From an uncultured bacterium (GTDB lineage Bacteria; Cyanobacteriota; Cyanobacteriia; Cyanobacteriales; Microcystaceae): a stretch of DNA of 64,000 bases. Where the stretch lies: assembly GCA_964623815.1 (NCBI GenBank), contig CAZUVR010000002.1:48576-112575 (forward strand). The letters run 5' to 3'. The notes below the pieces were generated by a model, which saw only the letters and a program-made list of their open reading frames with translations, did no database searches and had not been told where the DNA came from. Positions 48,875 to 62,300 of this stretch are shown piece after piece (position 1 is the stretch's first letter; every line of letters begins with the position of its first letter). Made by a program: the position numbers and the translations under genes.

Positions 48875-49519
48875 ATGATGGCTCAAACTTTACTAAAATT
48901 TCCTTCTAGGACAGTCTTAACCGGGGTGCGGTGGCAAACTTATCAAGGACTGCTGAGCGATTTAGCGGAGAATCCTGGTAAAAGACTAACATACGATCAA
49001 GGCATATTAGAGATCATGACTCCACTGCCGGAACACGAAATTAATAAAGGCTTCTTAAGCAGGCTGGTACAGACAGCGACTGAGGTATTGGGGTTAGAAG
49101 TCTTAAGCCTCTGTTCTACAACCTTAAGCCGGGAGGACTTACAGAAAGGGATTGAACCCGATGAGTGTTATTACATTACGAACGAGGCTCTAGTAAGGAA
49201 TAAGACCTATTTTAATTTTAGCGTCGATCCGGCTCCCGACTTAGCGATCGAAGTAGATATTACCAGTAGTTCTCTCAATCGGCTAGGAATTTACGCCGCT
49301 TTAGAAGTCAGTGAATTATGGCGATTCGACTGCGAGAATTTATCGATTTATTGTTTGCAATCTGGAAATTACCGAGAGGGGGAAAAGTCTAGGATTTTAC
49401 CGATTCTTTCCAAAACGATAATTTTGGAGTTTTTAAGAAAAAGGGGCGAAATGGGAGAAAATGCTTTACTTAAAGAGTTCCGTCAACGGTTACAAACTAT
49501 TGACCAGGAAACCAGATAA
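48875..49519 (+). CDS. Uma2-family (DUF820) putative restriction endonuclease-like protein
   Basis: 214 aa with a PD-(D/E)xK-like core in the Uma2 arrangement (LTYDQGILEIMTPLPEHEINKGFL...DLAIEVDITSSSLNRLGIYAALEVSELW). Confidence 0.7.
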   Translation: MMAQTLLKFPSRTVLTGVRWQTYQGLLSDLAENPGKRLTYDQGILEIMTPLPEHEINKGFLSRLVQTATEVLGLEVLSLCSTTLSREDLQKGIEPDECYYITNEALVRNKTYFNFSVDPAPDLAIEVDITSSSLNRLGIYAALEVSELWRFDCENLSIYCLQSGNYREGEKSRILPILSKTIILEFLRKRGEMGENALLKEFRQRLQTIDQETR

Positions 49520-49555
49520 AATTACTTCAGAGAGACTGCTTCGGTCATAGAAAGG

Positions 49556-50278
49556 CTAGGGAGAATTAGCTTGATTTGTTAATACCCACTTAAGAAATGC
49601 GTCTCCTATTCCTGGTTGTCCGTCTTGATTAACTTTATTTTTATATTCGTTCAAGATTATCCATTGATTATCTATAACTATAGTGCCGTTTATTTGTATT
49701 TCTCTCAAGTATTGTCCAGTGCGTAACTTACACTCACTGGTAACTTGAGGACAATCTCTCCCATTAGCGGCGATTAAAACATTAGTATCAATGATGATAG
49801 CCAATTCTCCTCTACGGCCTACATCCTGTGGTTTTTCTCCTGCCCAAGAGTAAATTCTTTTTGGATACTCTTTCAGAGGGCCGAGATAATAGAGTTTTTC
49901 AAAGGCTTGCTCATAGGCTAAAGTGAAGAAGGGTAAAAAATCGGCATTTTGAAAGTAATTAACTGGTTGGTTTGGGAATCCATAATGTTTAAGTGGTGGT
50001 GGTAGGGTTAGATATTTATCTGTGCTACTTATAATTTTATAAACCTCTGATTTAAGTTCGTAATTTAATAAATTATATTCTGATTTTTTCTGTTCGCCTG
50101 TATTTAAAACCCGTTGACGATCGCTTGATTCAACAGTCTGTTTTAAAAGCAGAAAGAATTGGATGATGCTAGATTTTCCCGAGCTGTTATTTCCGAAAAA
50201 TCCAGTGATATTGGCGAAGGAGATATTTCCGGTATCTTGCCAAGATTTAAAATTTTTAAATTTGATAGTTTTAAACAT
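49556..50278 (-). pseudogene. truncated AAA (RecF/OLD-like, AAA_15-type) ATPase N-terminal fragment with PIN-like tail; probable gene remnant
   Basis: 240 aa. The N-terminus IKFKNFKSWQD...ITGFFGNNSSGKSSI is the Walker-A region of AAA_15/OLD-type ATPases, but no Walker B or C-terminal domain follows. The tail AIIIDTNVLIAANG resembles a PIN-domain N-terminal strand. Too short for either full domain. Confidence 0.4.
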
Positions 50279-50404
50279 ATTTGAACCACAGAGGACACAC
50301 AGGTGATTATAAAGAGAGGGTGAAAGAGCAGGGATTTTGAACTATGATCCTCCTATAGGCGAGGTGAAGTTACAAATATTATTCCCAGTCTCCCACAAAG
50401 ATTT

Positions 50405-51712
50405 ATGATACCCTCCTCCCTCTGTTACTCGCTCCTGTTACTAAGCGCCCTAATGGCCTTCCTAATCGCCGCGGTGAGCAACTTAAATCTCGGCCTCTTA
50501 GCATTAGCCCTTCTCGACGCGATTATCGTAACCCTCACCATCATTGACATACTAAGGGTGAGAAATCAAACCATAGGAGTTAAACGCTTATCCAACACTC
50601 GCCTCTCAGTAGGTAGAGACAACCCGATGACACTTCAGGTAACAGGTAGTAGATACGAAGCCGAAGTAATTATTAAAGATGGTTATCCCCGAGAATTCCA
50701 CGTCTCGAAAGACGCTTTCTGGATTAAAGTCAAAGCTCACAGTAAATCCTGCCTAACCTATACTATAAAACCCGATCGCAGGGGTCGAGTCACATGGGAT
50801 ACTATTTCTGTCCGCCAGAGAGGGAGATGGGGGTTAGGCTGGTACGCATGGCAAACCCACACCGGCGAAGAAGTGACAATTTACCCGGATTTAATGACCA
50901 TACGCGCTCTATCAATCCGCCTCACCCTAGAAAACACCGGAAGTATGAGACGAGCGCGACGACTCGGCACCGGTACGGAATTCGCCGAGTTAAGGGAATA
51001 CAACCGGGGGGATGACTTACGCTTCATGGATTGGAAGGCTACAGCCAGAAGAAACACCCCCTTTATCAGAGTCTTAGAACCAGATAGGGAACAATCCCTG
51101 ATCATACTCCTAGATAGGGGACGTTTGATGACCTCGCGGGTGCGGGGTTTATTACGCTTCGACTGGGGTTTAAACGCCGCCCTCTGCCTCGCTACCGCCG
51201 CCCTGCATCGCGGTGATAAAGTAGCAGTGGGCGTATTCGATCGAGAGATGACCACATGGATACCCCCTCAGCGCGGTCAATCCCATCTCGGACATCTGAT
51301 CGAGCAACTCTCACCCCTACAACCGGTTTTATTAGAGCCAGATTATGCCTCTGCCGTCTCCTCCCTCGTCAATCACCAATCTCGCCGCGCCCTGGTGGTA
51401 TTGATCACCGATATTGTCGATGCCACCGCCTCCTCGGAATTATTGGGAGCCATGACCCGATTAGCCCCCCGCTATCTCCCCTTTTGCGTCACCCTCCGCG
51501 ATTGTGTAGTGGATACTATCGCTTGCACAGAGAGCGACGAGGCTCGCAAAGCCTATGAAAGAGCCGTCGCTTTAGACCTATTATCCCAACGGGAGAACGT
51601 CTTCGCCCGCCTCAAGTCCAAGGGGGTGTTAGTATTGGACGCTCCCGCCGACGCTATCAGTGAAACCCTAGTCGATCGCTATCTGACCCTGAAAGCTCGC
51701 TCTCTTTTGTGA
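50405..51712 (+). CDS. DUF58 domain protein (vWA-like, MoxR-associated family)
   Basis: The N-terminus has two TM helices. The DUF58 signature FAELREYNRGDDLRFMDWKATARRNTPFIRVLEPDREQSLIILLDRGRLM is present. Confidence 0.8.
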   Translation: MIPSSLCYSLLLLSALMAFLIAAVSNLNLGLLALALLDAIIVTLTIIDILRVRNQTIGVKRLSNTRLSVGRDNPMTLQVTGSRYEAEVIIKDGYPREFHVSKDAFWIKVKAHSKSCLTYTIKPDRRGRVTWDTISVRQRGRWGLGWYAWQTHTGEEVTIYPDLMTIRALSIRLTLENTGSMRRARRLGTGTEFAELREYNRGDDLRFMDWKATARRNTPFIRVLEPDREQSLIILLDRGRLMTSRVRGLLRFDWGLNAALCLATAALHRGDKVAVGVFDREMTTWIPPQRGQSHLGHLIEQLSPLQPVLLEPDYASAVSSLVNHQSRRALVVLITDIVDATASSELLGAMTRLAPRYLPFCVTLRDCVVDTIACTESDEARKAYERAVALDLLSQRENVFARLKSKGVLVLDAPADAISETLVDRYLTLKARSLL

Positions 51713-51713
51713 T

Positions 51714-52742
51714 ATGCTAGAACAAAATAGCCATACCCGTGCCGATAGTTTAAAAGCAGGTCATAATCGTAACCGAATAAAGATGTTACCGCCTCCGGGG
51801 AAAGCACCTTACGGTTATCGCCGGGGTAAAGATAAATACATCATCGATAAAAGTACCGCCCCAGTCGTCAAAGAATTTTTCGAGCATTTTCTTCGTTACG
51901 GTTCCCTACGAGGGGCAGTGAAATTTTTAGAGAAGCGTTTCGGTAAAAAGATAGCCCTGTCAACCGGTAGAAACTGGCTGACGAATCCCGTGTATAGGGG
52001 GGATTTACAGTATAAAACCAGGGATATTATCACCGATACCCACGCGGCGCTAATTTCGCGGGAAACGGCGGCGGCGATCGATCGACTCCTCCGCAGTCAT
52101 CGAAAACTAGCGCCCAAAACCTCCAGCGCTAAACGCAGTCTCGCGGGCTTAGTTTTCTGCACCACCTGTCAATCGCCTTTCACCGTCACCAAGGTCAAAC
52201 CCAAGGGTAAAAAAACCGAATACCTATATATCCGCCCGACTCAATGCCCGCGTAACCCCCATTGTAGAAGCCTCAATTATCAATCCGTACTCGGGAAGGT
52301 TATCGAAGCTATCTGTAAGGAATTACCGCTTACAGTCTCCAAATTAACCCTACCTAATTTAGAAAATGTTAGGAATCAAATAATAGAAGAGATCAGAGAG
52401 AAAGAAGCGATAATTAATCGTCTTCATCAATTGCAAGATGAGGGAATATTAGATGAAGCTAGTAAAGATTTAAGGCAATATAATTTAAAAACCGAGATAG
52501 CCCGATTACAGCTACAATTTAACGGGTTGCCTCCTGGTGATTTGAAAATCATCACTCAATCTGTTTGTTTACCGCGTTTCTGGGAAGATTTATCGGAAGA
52601 AGAGAGACGGTTTTATTTTCGGGAGTTTATCGAGAGAGTAGAGATAGATTATGGAAATAGTGAAAATTATCAATTGAGAATTATTTTTGTTTTCGAGAGT
52701 ATGATTGAACCACAGAGACACAGAGGGCACAGAGGAGATTGA
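51714..52742 (+). pseudogene. large-serine-recombinase remnant (Recombinase domain + zinc ribbon + coiled coil, catalytic resolvase domain absent)
   Basis: GKAPYGYRRGKDKYIIDKSTAPVVKEFFEHFLRYGSLRGAVKFLEKRFG...GRNWLTNPVYRGD matches the 'Recombinase' domain. LAGLVFCTTCQSPF...RPTQCPRNPHC is the Zn-ribbon. No Ser-nucleophile resolvase domain precedes it, because the DUF58 gene ends 2 nt upstream. Confidence 0.55.
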
Positions 52743-52868
52743 CACGGAAAGAAAGTAAAGGAAAAAGGGAGAAAACGAAGAGCTACTTGGAAAGGGTCTT
52801 AAGATGGAAGAGGAAGGATTGAGACAGATGTATACCTCTCCTTTCAAAGTGAGCAAGAGGTAATAATC

Positions 52869-54320
52869 ATGCCTAAAACAGTAGTAATCGATCCCGTGAC
52901 GCGCATCGAAGGCCATGCCAAAATATCCATTTATCTCGACGACGGCGGCAAAGTCGATGATGTGCGCTTTCACGTAGTCGAATATAGAGGTTTTGAAAAA
53001 TTTTGTGAAGGTCGTCCGATGTGGGAGATGGCTGGGATTACCGCCAGAATTTGCGGGATATGCCCAGTGAGTCACCTGCTCTGTGCGGCTAAAACCGGCG
53101 ATAAAATCTTAGCGGTAGCGGTGCCGCCAGCGGGTGAAAAACTCCGTCGCTTGATGAATTTGGGGCAGATAACCCAATCCCACGCTCTGAGTTTCTTCCA
53201 TCTTAGCAGTCCCGATTTCCTTTTAGGTTGGGATAGTGACCCAGCGAAGAGAAACGTCTTCGGCTTGATCGAACACGATGCGGAATTAGCCCGCAGCGGT
53301 ATCCGGTTACGCCAATTCGGACAGAAAATTATCGAGTTATTGGGAGCAAAAAAAATTCACCCGGCTTGGTCAGTACCTGGGGGTGTACGTTCTCCATTAT
53401 CCGATGAAGGGAGACAATGGATTAAAGAGCGTCTACCGGAATCTAAAGATAGTATCCGCAACGCCTTAAATCTCTTTAAAGGGTTGCTAGACGGTTTGAG
53501 TGAAGAAGTAGCCGCCTTCGGAGAATTTCCATCCCTATTTATGGGATTGGTGGGTAAAGATGGCGAGTGGGAACATTACGGCGGACATATTCGTTTTACT
53601 GATAGTCAGGGGAATATAGTAGCCGATAATCTCAGCGAGGATAATTATCGGGATTACATCGGGGAATCAGTGGAAAAATGGTCTTACTTGAAATTCCCTT
53701 ACTATAGACCTTTAGGTTATCCCGATGGAATTTATCGAGTCGGGCCCCTAGCGCGATTGAACGTCTGTAGTCATTTCGGCACACCAGAGGCCGATCGAGA
53801 ATTAGAAGAATACCGTCAACGAGTCGGAGGTGTGGCCACATCTTCTTTCTATTATCACTACGCCCGATTAGTAGAGATTTTAGGGGCGTTAGAGGGGATA
53901 GAAAAGTTAGTAGATGACCCCGATATTATCTCATCTCGAACCCGCGCCGATGCCGGTATTAATAATCTCGAAGGCGTAGGCGTTAGTGAAGCACCTCGGG
54001 GAACCTTATTCCATCACTATAAAGTGGATGAAAATGGTTTAATTGAAAAGGTTAATTTAATCGTCGCCACTGGCAATAATAACCTAGCGATGAATAAAAC
54101 CGTCAAACAGATCGCTCAACATTACATCACTGATTCAGATATTACTGAAGGGATGCTAAACCGAGTCGAGGCGGGGATTAGGGCTTACGACCCATGTTTA
54201 AGCTGTTCCACCCACGCCATAGGACAAATGCCTTTGCATATTCAATTAATTGCTCCGAATGGTGAAGTTATCTCCGAAAAATATAGGGGTACAAATAATT
54301 TGCCACTGACTAAGCTTTAG
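52869..54320 (+). CDS. hoxH: [NiFe] bidirectional hydrogenase large subunit
   Basis: 483 aa. The N-terminal Ni-binding motif is RIEGHAKI...[10 protein letters not shown] and the C-terminal motif is [13 protein letters not shown]. The length and ends are typical of cyanobacterial HoxH. Confidence 0.85.
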   Translation: MPKTVVIDPVTRIEGHAKISIYLDDGGKVDDVRFHVVEYRGFEKFCEGRPMWEMAGITARICGICPVSHLLCAAKTGDKILAVAVPPAGEKLRRLMNLGQITQSHALSFFHLSSPDFLLGWDSDPAKRNVFGLIEHDAELARSGIRLRQFGQKIIELLGAKKIHPAWSVPGGVRSPLSDEGRQWIKERLPESKDSIRNALNLFKGLLDGLSEEVAAFGEFPSLFMGLVGKDGEWEHYGGHIRFTDSQGNIVADNLSEDNYRDYIGESVEKWSYLKFPYYRPLGYPDGIYRVGPLARLNVCSHFGTPEADRELEEYRQRVGGVATSSFYYHYARLVEILGALEGIEKLVDDPDIISSRTRADAGINNLEGVGVSEAPRGTLFHHYKVDENGLIEKVNLIVATGNNNLAMNKTVKQIAQHYITDSDITEGMLNRVEAGIRAYDPCLSCSTHAIGQMPLHIQLIAPNGEVISEKYRGTNNLPLTKL

Positions 54321-54336
54321 TTAATCACGCCAAAAT

Positions 54337-54412
54337 ACATCTCTTTGTCCTTCAAAGAGATGTATAAACCCTCTCAATAATTAGATTTATCCTAGGTTGA
54401 GAGGGTTTGTTT
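54337..54412 (+). terminator. tandem stem-loops 3' of hoxH (putative rho-independent terminators)
   Basis: acatctctttg-tccttc-caaagagatgt has an 11-bp perfect stem. aaaccctctcaa...ttgagagggttt has a 12-bp stem and is followed by gttttg. Confidence 0.5.
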
Positions 54413-54531
54413 TGCGCTAAATTCTTCACAATGATTAATGAGAAATAAGACACTTCCGGGAGTGGTCATCGTCAAAAGCCAAATGAGCAGGATTTTTGTT
54501 AGAGTGAAGCTGTAAAGTTAAGTGTGGTGAT

Positions 54532-55065
54532 ATGAATATTATTAAACTAAGTAGTAAATATATATTAGCGACGGCGGTATTAGCCGGTTGTGCCATCGGG
54601 GGCTTACAGACATACGCATCGGCTAACGGTAATCCAGGATTGACCATATTTAGCGGGGTCGATCGCAAAGATATATTAGATTATTATTTACAATTCGGTG
54701 GTCGTCCCCGTCAGACCGATCGCTATAAACTATATATACCGTCGAAAAAACTCGCTCAAGGAGCGTCAACTTTTTTCATCTCCTACCCGGATTATTTTGA
54801 TGGGAAATTTGACACGGATAAAATGGAAGTGAGAGTCAAGGGTCAAGCTCAACCTTTAAAAGATGTAGTTTGGGACAGAGAAAGCAGGCTCATCCAACTT
54901 ACCTTAGAAAAACCTATCGACCCCAATACTAACGTAGAAGTAGTTTTTTCCAACGTCAAGAACCCTAATTTCGGCACTTATTATTTCGTCTGTGATGTCT
55001 TAGCGGCGGGTAATATCCCTGTCCGTCTGTATGTTGGTACTTGGATAGTCGATATTGAAAATTAA
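54532..55065 (+). CDS. DUF2808 family secreted protein
   Basis: 177 aa with a signal peptide (ATAVLAGCAIGG). Its size and conserved YLQFGG...FFISYPDYFDG region fit cyanobacterial DUF2808. Confidence 0.5.
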   Translation: MNIIKLSSKYILATAVLAGCAIGGLQTYASANGNPGLTIFSGVDRKDILDYYLQFGGRPRQTDRYKLYIPSKKLAQGASTFFISYPDYFDGKFDTDKMEVRVKGQAQPLKDVVWDRESRLIQLTLEKPIDPNTNVEVVFSNVKNPNFGTYYFVCDVLAAGNIPVRLYVGTWIVDIEN

Positions 55066-55101
55066 ATCGACCGATGCAGGCTCTTAGCCTGCAAATATCT
55101 T

Positions 55102-56658
55102 TCATTGTGATTTAAAACTATTTTTCCATAAAGAGAAGGGGAAAGTAAAAATAAATCCTAAGACGAAGCCACTTATATGAGCTAATAGACTAACTTGAGG
55201 GGTATGATAGTCTACGAAAAACTGTATACCCAAGATGATAAGGAGCAGTAAAATTCTCCTGAGAGCGAACTGGGATCTATTCCTCAACCAATCCCTAACA
55301 TAAAAGGCTAAGATAGCCCCTATCAATCCCATAATAGCCGCCGAAGCTCCTACAAGCATGGTATCTAAAAGCTGATTCCGTCTGGCTAATAAAGTGAAAA
55401 TCAGTAACGAACCCGTGCCAGCGGCGAAATAGATGAAAGAGAAAAATATTCTACCGAGAATAAATTCCGCTATGCGGCCGATGAAAATTAAACCTAACAT
55501 ATTAGTGGCGAAATGAAACCAACCAAAATGGAGAAAATTAGCCGTGATAATGCGCCACCATTCTCCTTGAAAAACCGCAGATGGAACTAAAGCACCTAAC
55601 TTATAAAGAGTTGACTCATCCTGATTACCACCGAGCCAGATTTCGGCAACGAAGGCAGAAGTATTAATTAACAATAGGGATAAGGTGATATAAGGGATGC
55701 TCTTTTGAATAGATAAGTAAGAATGAGAGCGCAATTCCTGACTGAGTTCACCCGTGATTCGCTGTAGTATAGTTAAAGATGAGGAATCGAGTACGGAATT
55801 GGGGTCTGGAGGAGGGTAACACAAACGCCAATCGATCGCGTTACTTAAGATAAAATCTCTCTCTAAACGAATATCGAGTAATTGATGACGGCCTGCATAT
55901 TTATTAGCTCCGATTAATTGGACGCTAGATAACCAGAATTTTTGTAAATATTTAGGATAAAAACTCAAAAAACTATTAAATAACTGTTTTACTTGTAAAA
56001 TCTGACCGCAGAAAACTAAAACGTATAAACGGGCTAAATTAAGTTGATTGATGGTAGCTTTCTTCTTTAATAAAGGATAACGATCGGCGAAGACACTCAG
56101 TAATTGATTTAGTTTTCCGGTCTCTCCTAAAGCACGAATATAATAAATTAACAGTTCTGGATTCTGGCTTAGAACGGAGCGGGGGAGCTTTTCCATCCAA
56201 TCTAAACACTTATCCCAATCTGCTTTAATAAAATAAACAAGTACACGGGCTTGATAATCATCTTCGGAATAACTTTCTAAGCTTGCCACAGCCGAAAACA
56301 TATCGCCTCTCTGGGCAGTTTCTAGAATATTTAAAAGTTTAGGTAATCGTAAAAAACTAGGGAAGGGATGTAACCAGATTGAACGAGAAATTAGTATTCT
56401 TGCCTCTCGATACCTTTGTTGGTCAATTAACCAGTTTGTTCGGGAAAAAATCCTTTTAGGAACGGATAAAAAGACAATTAATGCTATCAATCCCAGCCAA
56501 CCTGCTTGCATGGGTAAAAACAGAAATAGAGATAAGGTAAGTAATAAAACCCCGAGAGAAACCCAAAGCCATTCAAAAGAGGAAGAGAAGAGAGAAGAAA
56601 GGATAGATAGGGAAGAGGAGATACAAACCAGGCAAACTAAAAGATAGTTTAAGAGCAT
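55102..56658 (-). CDS. rhomboid-family intramembrane serine protease with N-terminal extension
   Basis: The C-terminal rhomboid core is EWWRIITANFLHFGWFHFATNMLGL...GASAAIMGLIG, with a GxSG catalytic Ser and a downstream His (LAHISGFVLG). The N-terminal ~300 aa add 2 TM helices and TPR-like helices. Confidence 0.8.
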   Translation of the reverse strand: MLLNYLLVCLVCISSSLSILSSLFSSSFEWLWVSLGVLLLTLSLFLFLPMQAGWLGLIALIVFLSVPKRIFSRTNWLIDQQRYREARILISRSIWLHPFPSFLRLPKLLNILETAQRGDMFSAVASLESYSEDDYQARVLVYFIKADWDKCLDWMEKLPRSVLSQNPELLIYYIRALGETGKLNQLLSVFADRYPLLKKKATINQLNLARLYVLVFCGQILQVKQLFNSFLSFYPKYLQKFWLSSVQLIGANKYAGRHQLLDIRLERDFILSNAIDWRLCYPPPDPNSVLDSSSLTILQRITGELSQELRSHSYLSIQKSIPYITLSLLLINTSAFVAEIWLGGNQDESTLYKLGALVPSAVFQGEWWRIITANFLHFGWFHFATNMLGLIFIGRIAEFILGRIFFSFIYFAAGTGSLLIFTLLARRNQLLDTMLVGASAAIMGLIGAILAFYVRDWLRNRSQFALRRILLLLIILGIQFFVDYHTPQVSLLAHISGFVLGFIFTFPFSLWKNSFKSQ

Positions 56659-56778
56659 TAGTGGCTAGCGATCGGCGGATACTTCTTATAAACTCGAAGA
56701 TTTCCGAAAAGAGAAATCTGTCAAAGACTACTTATAACGTCAGTTCGGGTTAACAAATTAGTTTATGTATGAAGGATT

Positions 56779-56844
56779 TAGGGGTTAGGAATTGGAGGTT
56801 ACTTCTATTACCCCAACTCCCAACTCCCGACTCCCAACTCCCGA

Positions 56845-56846
<2 letters not shown>
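56779..56846. repeat. STRR-like heptamer tandem array (CCCAACT/CCCGACT x ~4.7) with an upstream ggaattgg motif
   Basis: The array cccaact cccaact cccgact cccaact cccgatt lies immediately 3' of katG. It is preceded by ttaggggttaggaattggagg, which shares ggaattagg/ggaattgg with the MITE at 30.6 kb. Confidence 0.7.
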
Positions 56847-59076
<2,230 letters not shown>

Positions 59077-59397
59077 CTAGAGGCCAGGTATCGTAAGTAA
59101 ATAGCACCTGGCTAATTATCCAGATGTGCAAGAGTAATTAGTAAATAAGTATGAATTAGTTTCCTAGAGTGATTATCTAAAAATCTTAACTATTACATTA
59201 GCTAAGTATTAAATATTTCAACATTTCTTGAGATTTCACTAACGATGAATTCTTCTAGATTATATCCCCTTGAGATAAATTTTTATACTGTATTTATATC
59301 TTGTAATCATGGTTAACTAGACCGTGATTACAATGATCGACCATAACAAATTCTGTAATAAAGTCGGAGTGCGAAGGCGATGAAAACGGGGGTGTAT

Positions 59398-62300
59398 TCA
59401 TTGCCATAAGAGAACTGAAGGAACCATTTCGGGAGCCGCGAGACGTAATAGTTGATAGCCGATCCCCGCCGTTCCTTGAAAAAAGCCCGGGTTATGTATC
59501 GCGTCAGGGATTTCATCGGTGAGGGCGAAACCGCCCTTCCGCTTCGCCGTCGCCACCCTAACCGCCGCTTGCTGGTAAGCCATCTCGCCTAAATCTCGAC
59601 GGTTTAAAACCTGAGAAGCCACCAGAAGGGTTTCTAAGCGGCCGAAATTACCGCAACAGAGATGATCGATCGGCTGTAGACCGAGTTTGAGAGTGGTTTT
59701 TAGGGCGGTATCGATGTCCTGCCTGATAGCATCACTATCGAGGCTGGATAAACCCCCCAAACGGGCCAGCCCGATTCCGGGGGCACCGTGACACCACGCG
59801 ATCATAAACGAGGGGGAGGATTCCACATCCTGCCAGTTCTCCCGCCGCGCATCGAACAGACTACTCTCAAAGCCGATCGCTTCCCGGGCCGCCTGTAGAA
59901 ATTTCTCTTCCGGGCAGACCTCGTATAATCTGATCAGGGCCAAAGCGATACCGGCGGCACCGTGGGATATACCGGTAGTTAACTCCCCATCGATTACGGG
60001 CCAAGCCCGCCATCCCGACGTACTTTCCACCCGGTGGCTCAGCAGATGTGCGCCGCAGTTTCGCGCCCGCTCTAGTACGGATTCATCTTTTCTCACTCCG
60101 TATAGATCGAGCAGAGCCACGATCGCACCGGCTGCACCACCGATCAAATCGAAGGAGCGATCGAGCGCTACGGTTTCCGGTGTCAGAGTGTCTGCCAGTT
60201 TCAAAGCCACTTTGAGCAGCTTTGGTTCTTCGATCAAGTTGGCTATCTTCGCCAGGCAGTAAACGATCGAGCCTATCCCCGCACCTGCCCCGATGCCGAT
60301 TTGCCGGGCGAAGCGCAGCCCGCCAGCGGTGTCGATATTCAGGTAATCTGCCACCGGCCCTCCTAAGGCGCTCAAACATAGGCGGCGAAACCGTTCCTCT
60401 CTGGTCAAGGCCCAAAGCGCGGCTAGAAACAGAGCGATCCCAGAAACCCCGTCATAGAGGTTATCCCCCAGGGGTTGTAATTGATAGCGGCGGTGGGCGG
60501 GGAGATAGGCCAGACCAATCCAACTCCGATGGCCAGTGACGGTAGAGATCGCGTTCTTCTCTAGATCGATCGCTATCTCGATAGCCGTAGACAGGGCTTC
60601 AGTCTCGCTCAGGGGGGATATATGCACATCCGCGATGTCCTCCACCCGATCGCTCAAGCTCATGCCGGAGGCTTTTTGAGAGTACAGAGAGCCACGAATC
60701 AACTGCATCTGTAAGGCTAAATCTTCTTCCCCGAGTCGTCCTAATCTCTCCCTTCCCGTTTCGTAACTCATCCCCTCAAAATAGCCCGGAATCCATGCCC
60801 CCTCAGGGATGCCCAGCCCATCACCCCCGGTGTTAGCGATAAAAAAGGGTACATCCATACGCTCTAGAGATTCTATCTCCCCCGCCAATACCGCCCGGGG
60901 GGCGGAATCGGGAAAACTTCGCGCGAGGGCTTCAAATTCGATCGATCTATCTATCCCCTCCTGTAATAATCGAGGAGCGATGGTCTTGATCAGGAGTTGG
61001 CCGTAAATGTCGCTCGGGCGGAAGAGGAAACGTATGTCGCGCCCGGCGAATAGCTTTAACGGGCCGTCTCCCCTGGTTAGTACATGAGAATTATACTGTA
61101 GACAGCGATACATTTTCTCGAATCCTTCTAGGAGCCGATTGCTGTAATCGGAGGGTGATAGCCTTTTCCCTTGGAGCCAGAGAGTATTTTTCAGGGGCTT
61201 TTGTGTTTTCAGCTCGTAGCTTAATTTCATCTCGTCGGTATTTACCATCTCCCATTTTTTGTATCGGAGGGGGGTGTTTATATCCGTACCGCCCAAACCG
61301 CTAACGTCTTCTAGAATTCCCCCCGTCGATTCCCACCGGGGTAAAAGCCCGCATTGAAGAACCGAATCGAAAAAGCGCTCTTCGATCGATGACAGGGCCC
61401 CCCTTTGTTCTTCCGCCACCCTGACGCGGGGGTTAAAGAGGGTTTCCAGATCGATCAAGATCGGTTGTTCTCCGGCAGAGATAATATTTTCCTCGTGACA
61501 ATCGTTACCTCTAAGAATATAGAGCAGGGCCAGTAACATTCCCGCCCGCTCGTAATAGTTACCGGCTTCGGTTGTGGAATTACAGGGCTGGTGGTGGATG
61601 AATTCCATCCAGCCGTGTGTATCTCGATCGATCACCTTACATAATTGCAGGGGTAGTAAATTCGGCTGTTGATTACACCAGTGCAGGAGTTGAAAGAAAC
61701 CCGCTTCCATCCCCATTCCCCTCGGTTTATAGATCATCGTCCGGCCCCCGGCGAAGGTGACTCCAGTTACGGAGCGTCTCCGATTATGGGGTTCGCTAAG
61801 GTCGAGCTGGATTTCCGTCACCTGAGCGAGTTTTGCGCCGAAGGTGGTTTCTAAAAGGGGTAAATCCTCCGCGAGCCGCCCCAAGAATTCGGCTTTTTCA
61901 TCGATCCAGTGTTCGATCGAGACGGACATCAATCGCGCTATCACACTGTATTTTTGGAAGAAAGCGATCATTTTTCCTCCCCGCATTGCCTCGATGAAAG
62001 CACGGTAATAACCCGTATTTTTTCCTTCGGTTTCTAGAAGCGGAGAAAGATTTTCTTTCCTCCCGCGATCGAATTCTTCGTATAAGCTGGCGGTAATTAA
62101 AAGGTGTAATTTGTGAAGTAATTTCCTCACGATAGATGTCTGTACTGCGACGGTCAACAGTTGCCATTTTTCCCCTACCCGTTCCAGTAATTTTTGACGG
62201 GCTACCTGTACAAAAGGTAAGTAAATATCCTCGAAAGGAATGGGGGAGTGTGGATCTAATATTGCCGCCTCATCTTTTTGCATGGGAGCTTCTACAAGTT

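Noticed and set aside
50794-51558. ORFs of 73, 124 and 100 aa inside the DUF58 gene
   Set aside because: They are embedded in the DUF58 frame, which carries a clear conserved signature. Their Arg/Pro/Ser-rich compositions indicate non-coding frames.
52590-53075. 161-aa minus-strand ORF spanning the recombinase remnant / hoxH junction
   Set aside because: It overlaps the well-supported hoxH N-terminus and has a low-complexity hydrophobic translation with no motif.
59328-59516. 62-aa ORF overlapping the lanM 3' end
   Set aside because: It is embedded in and downstream of the lanM stop on the same strand, and it is basic, low-complexity and unsupported.
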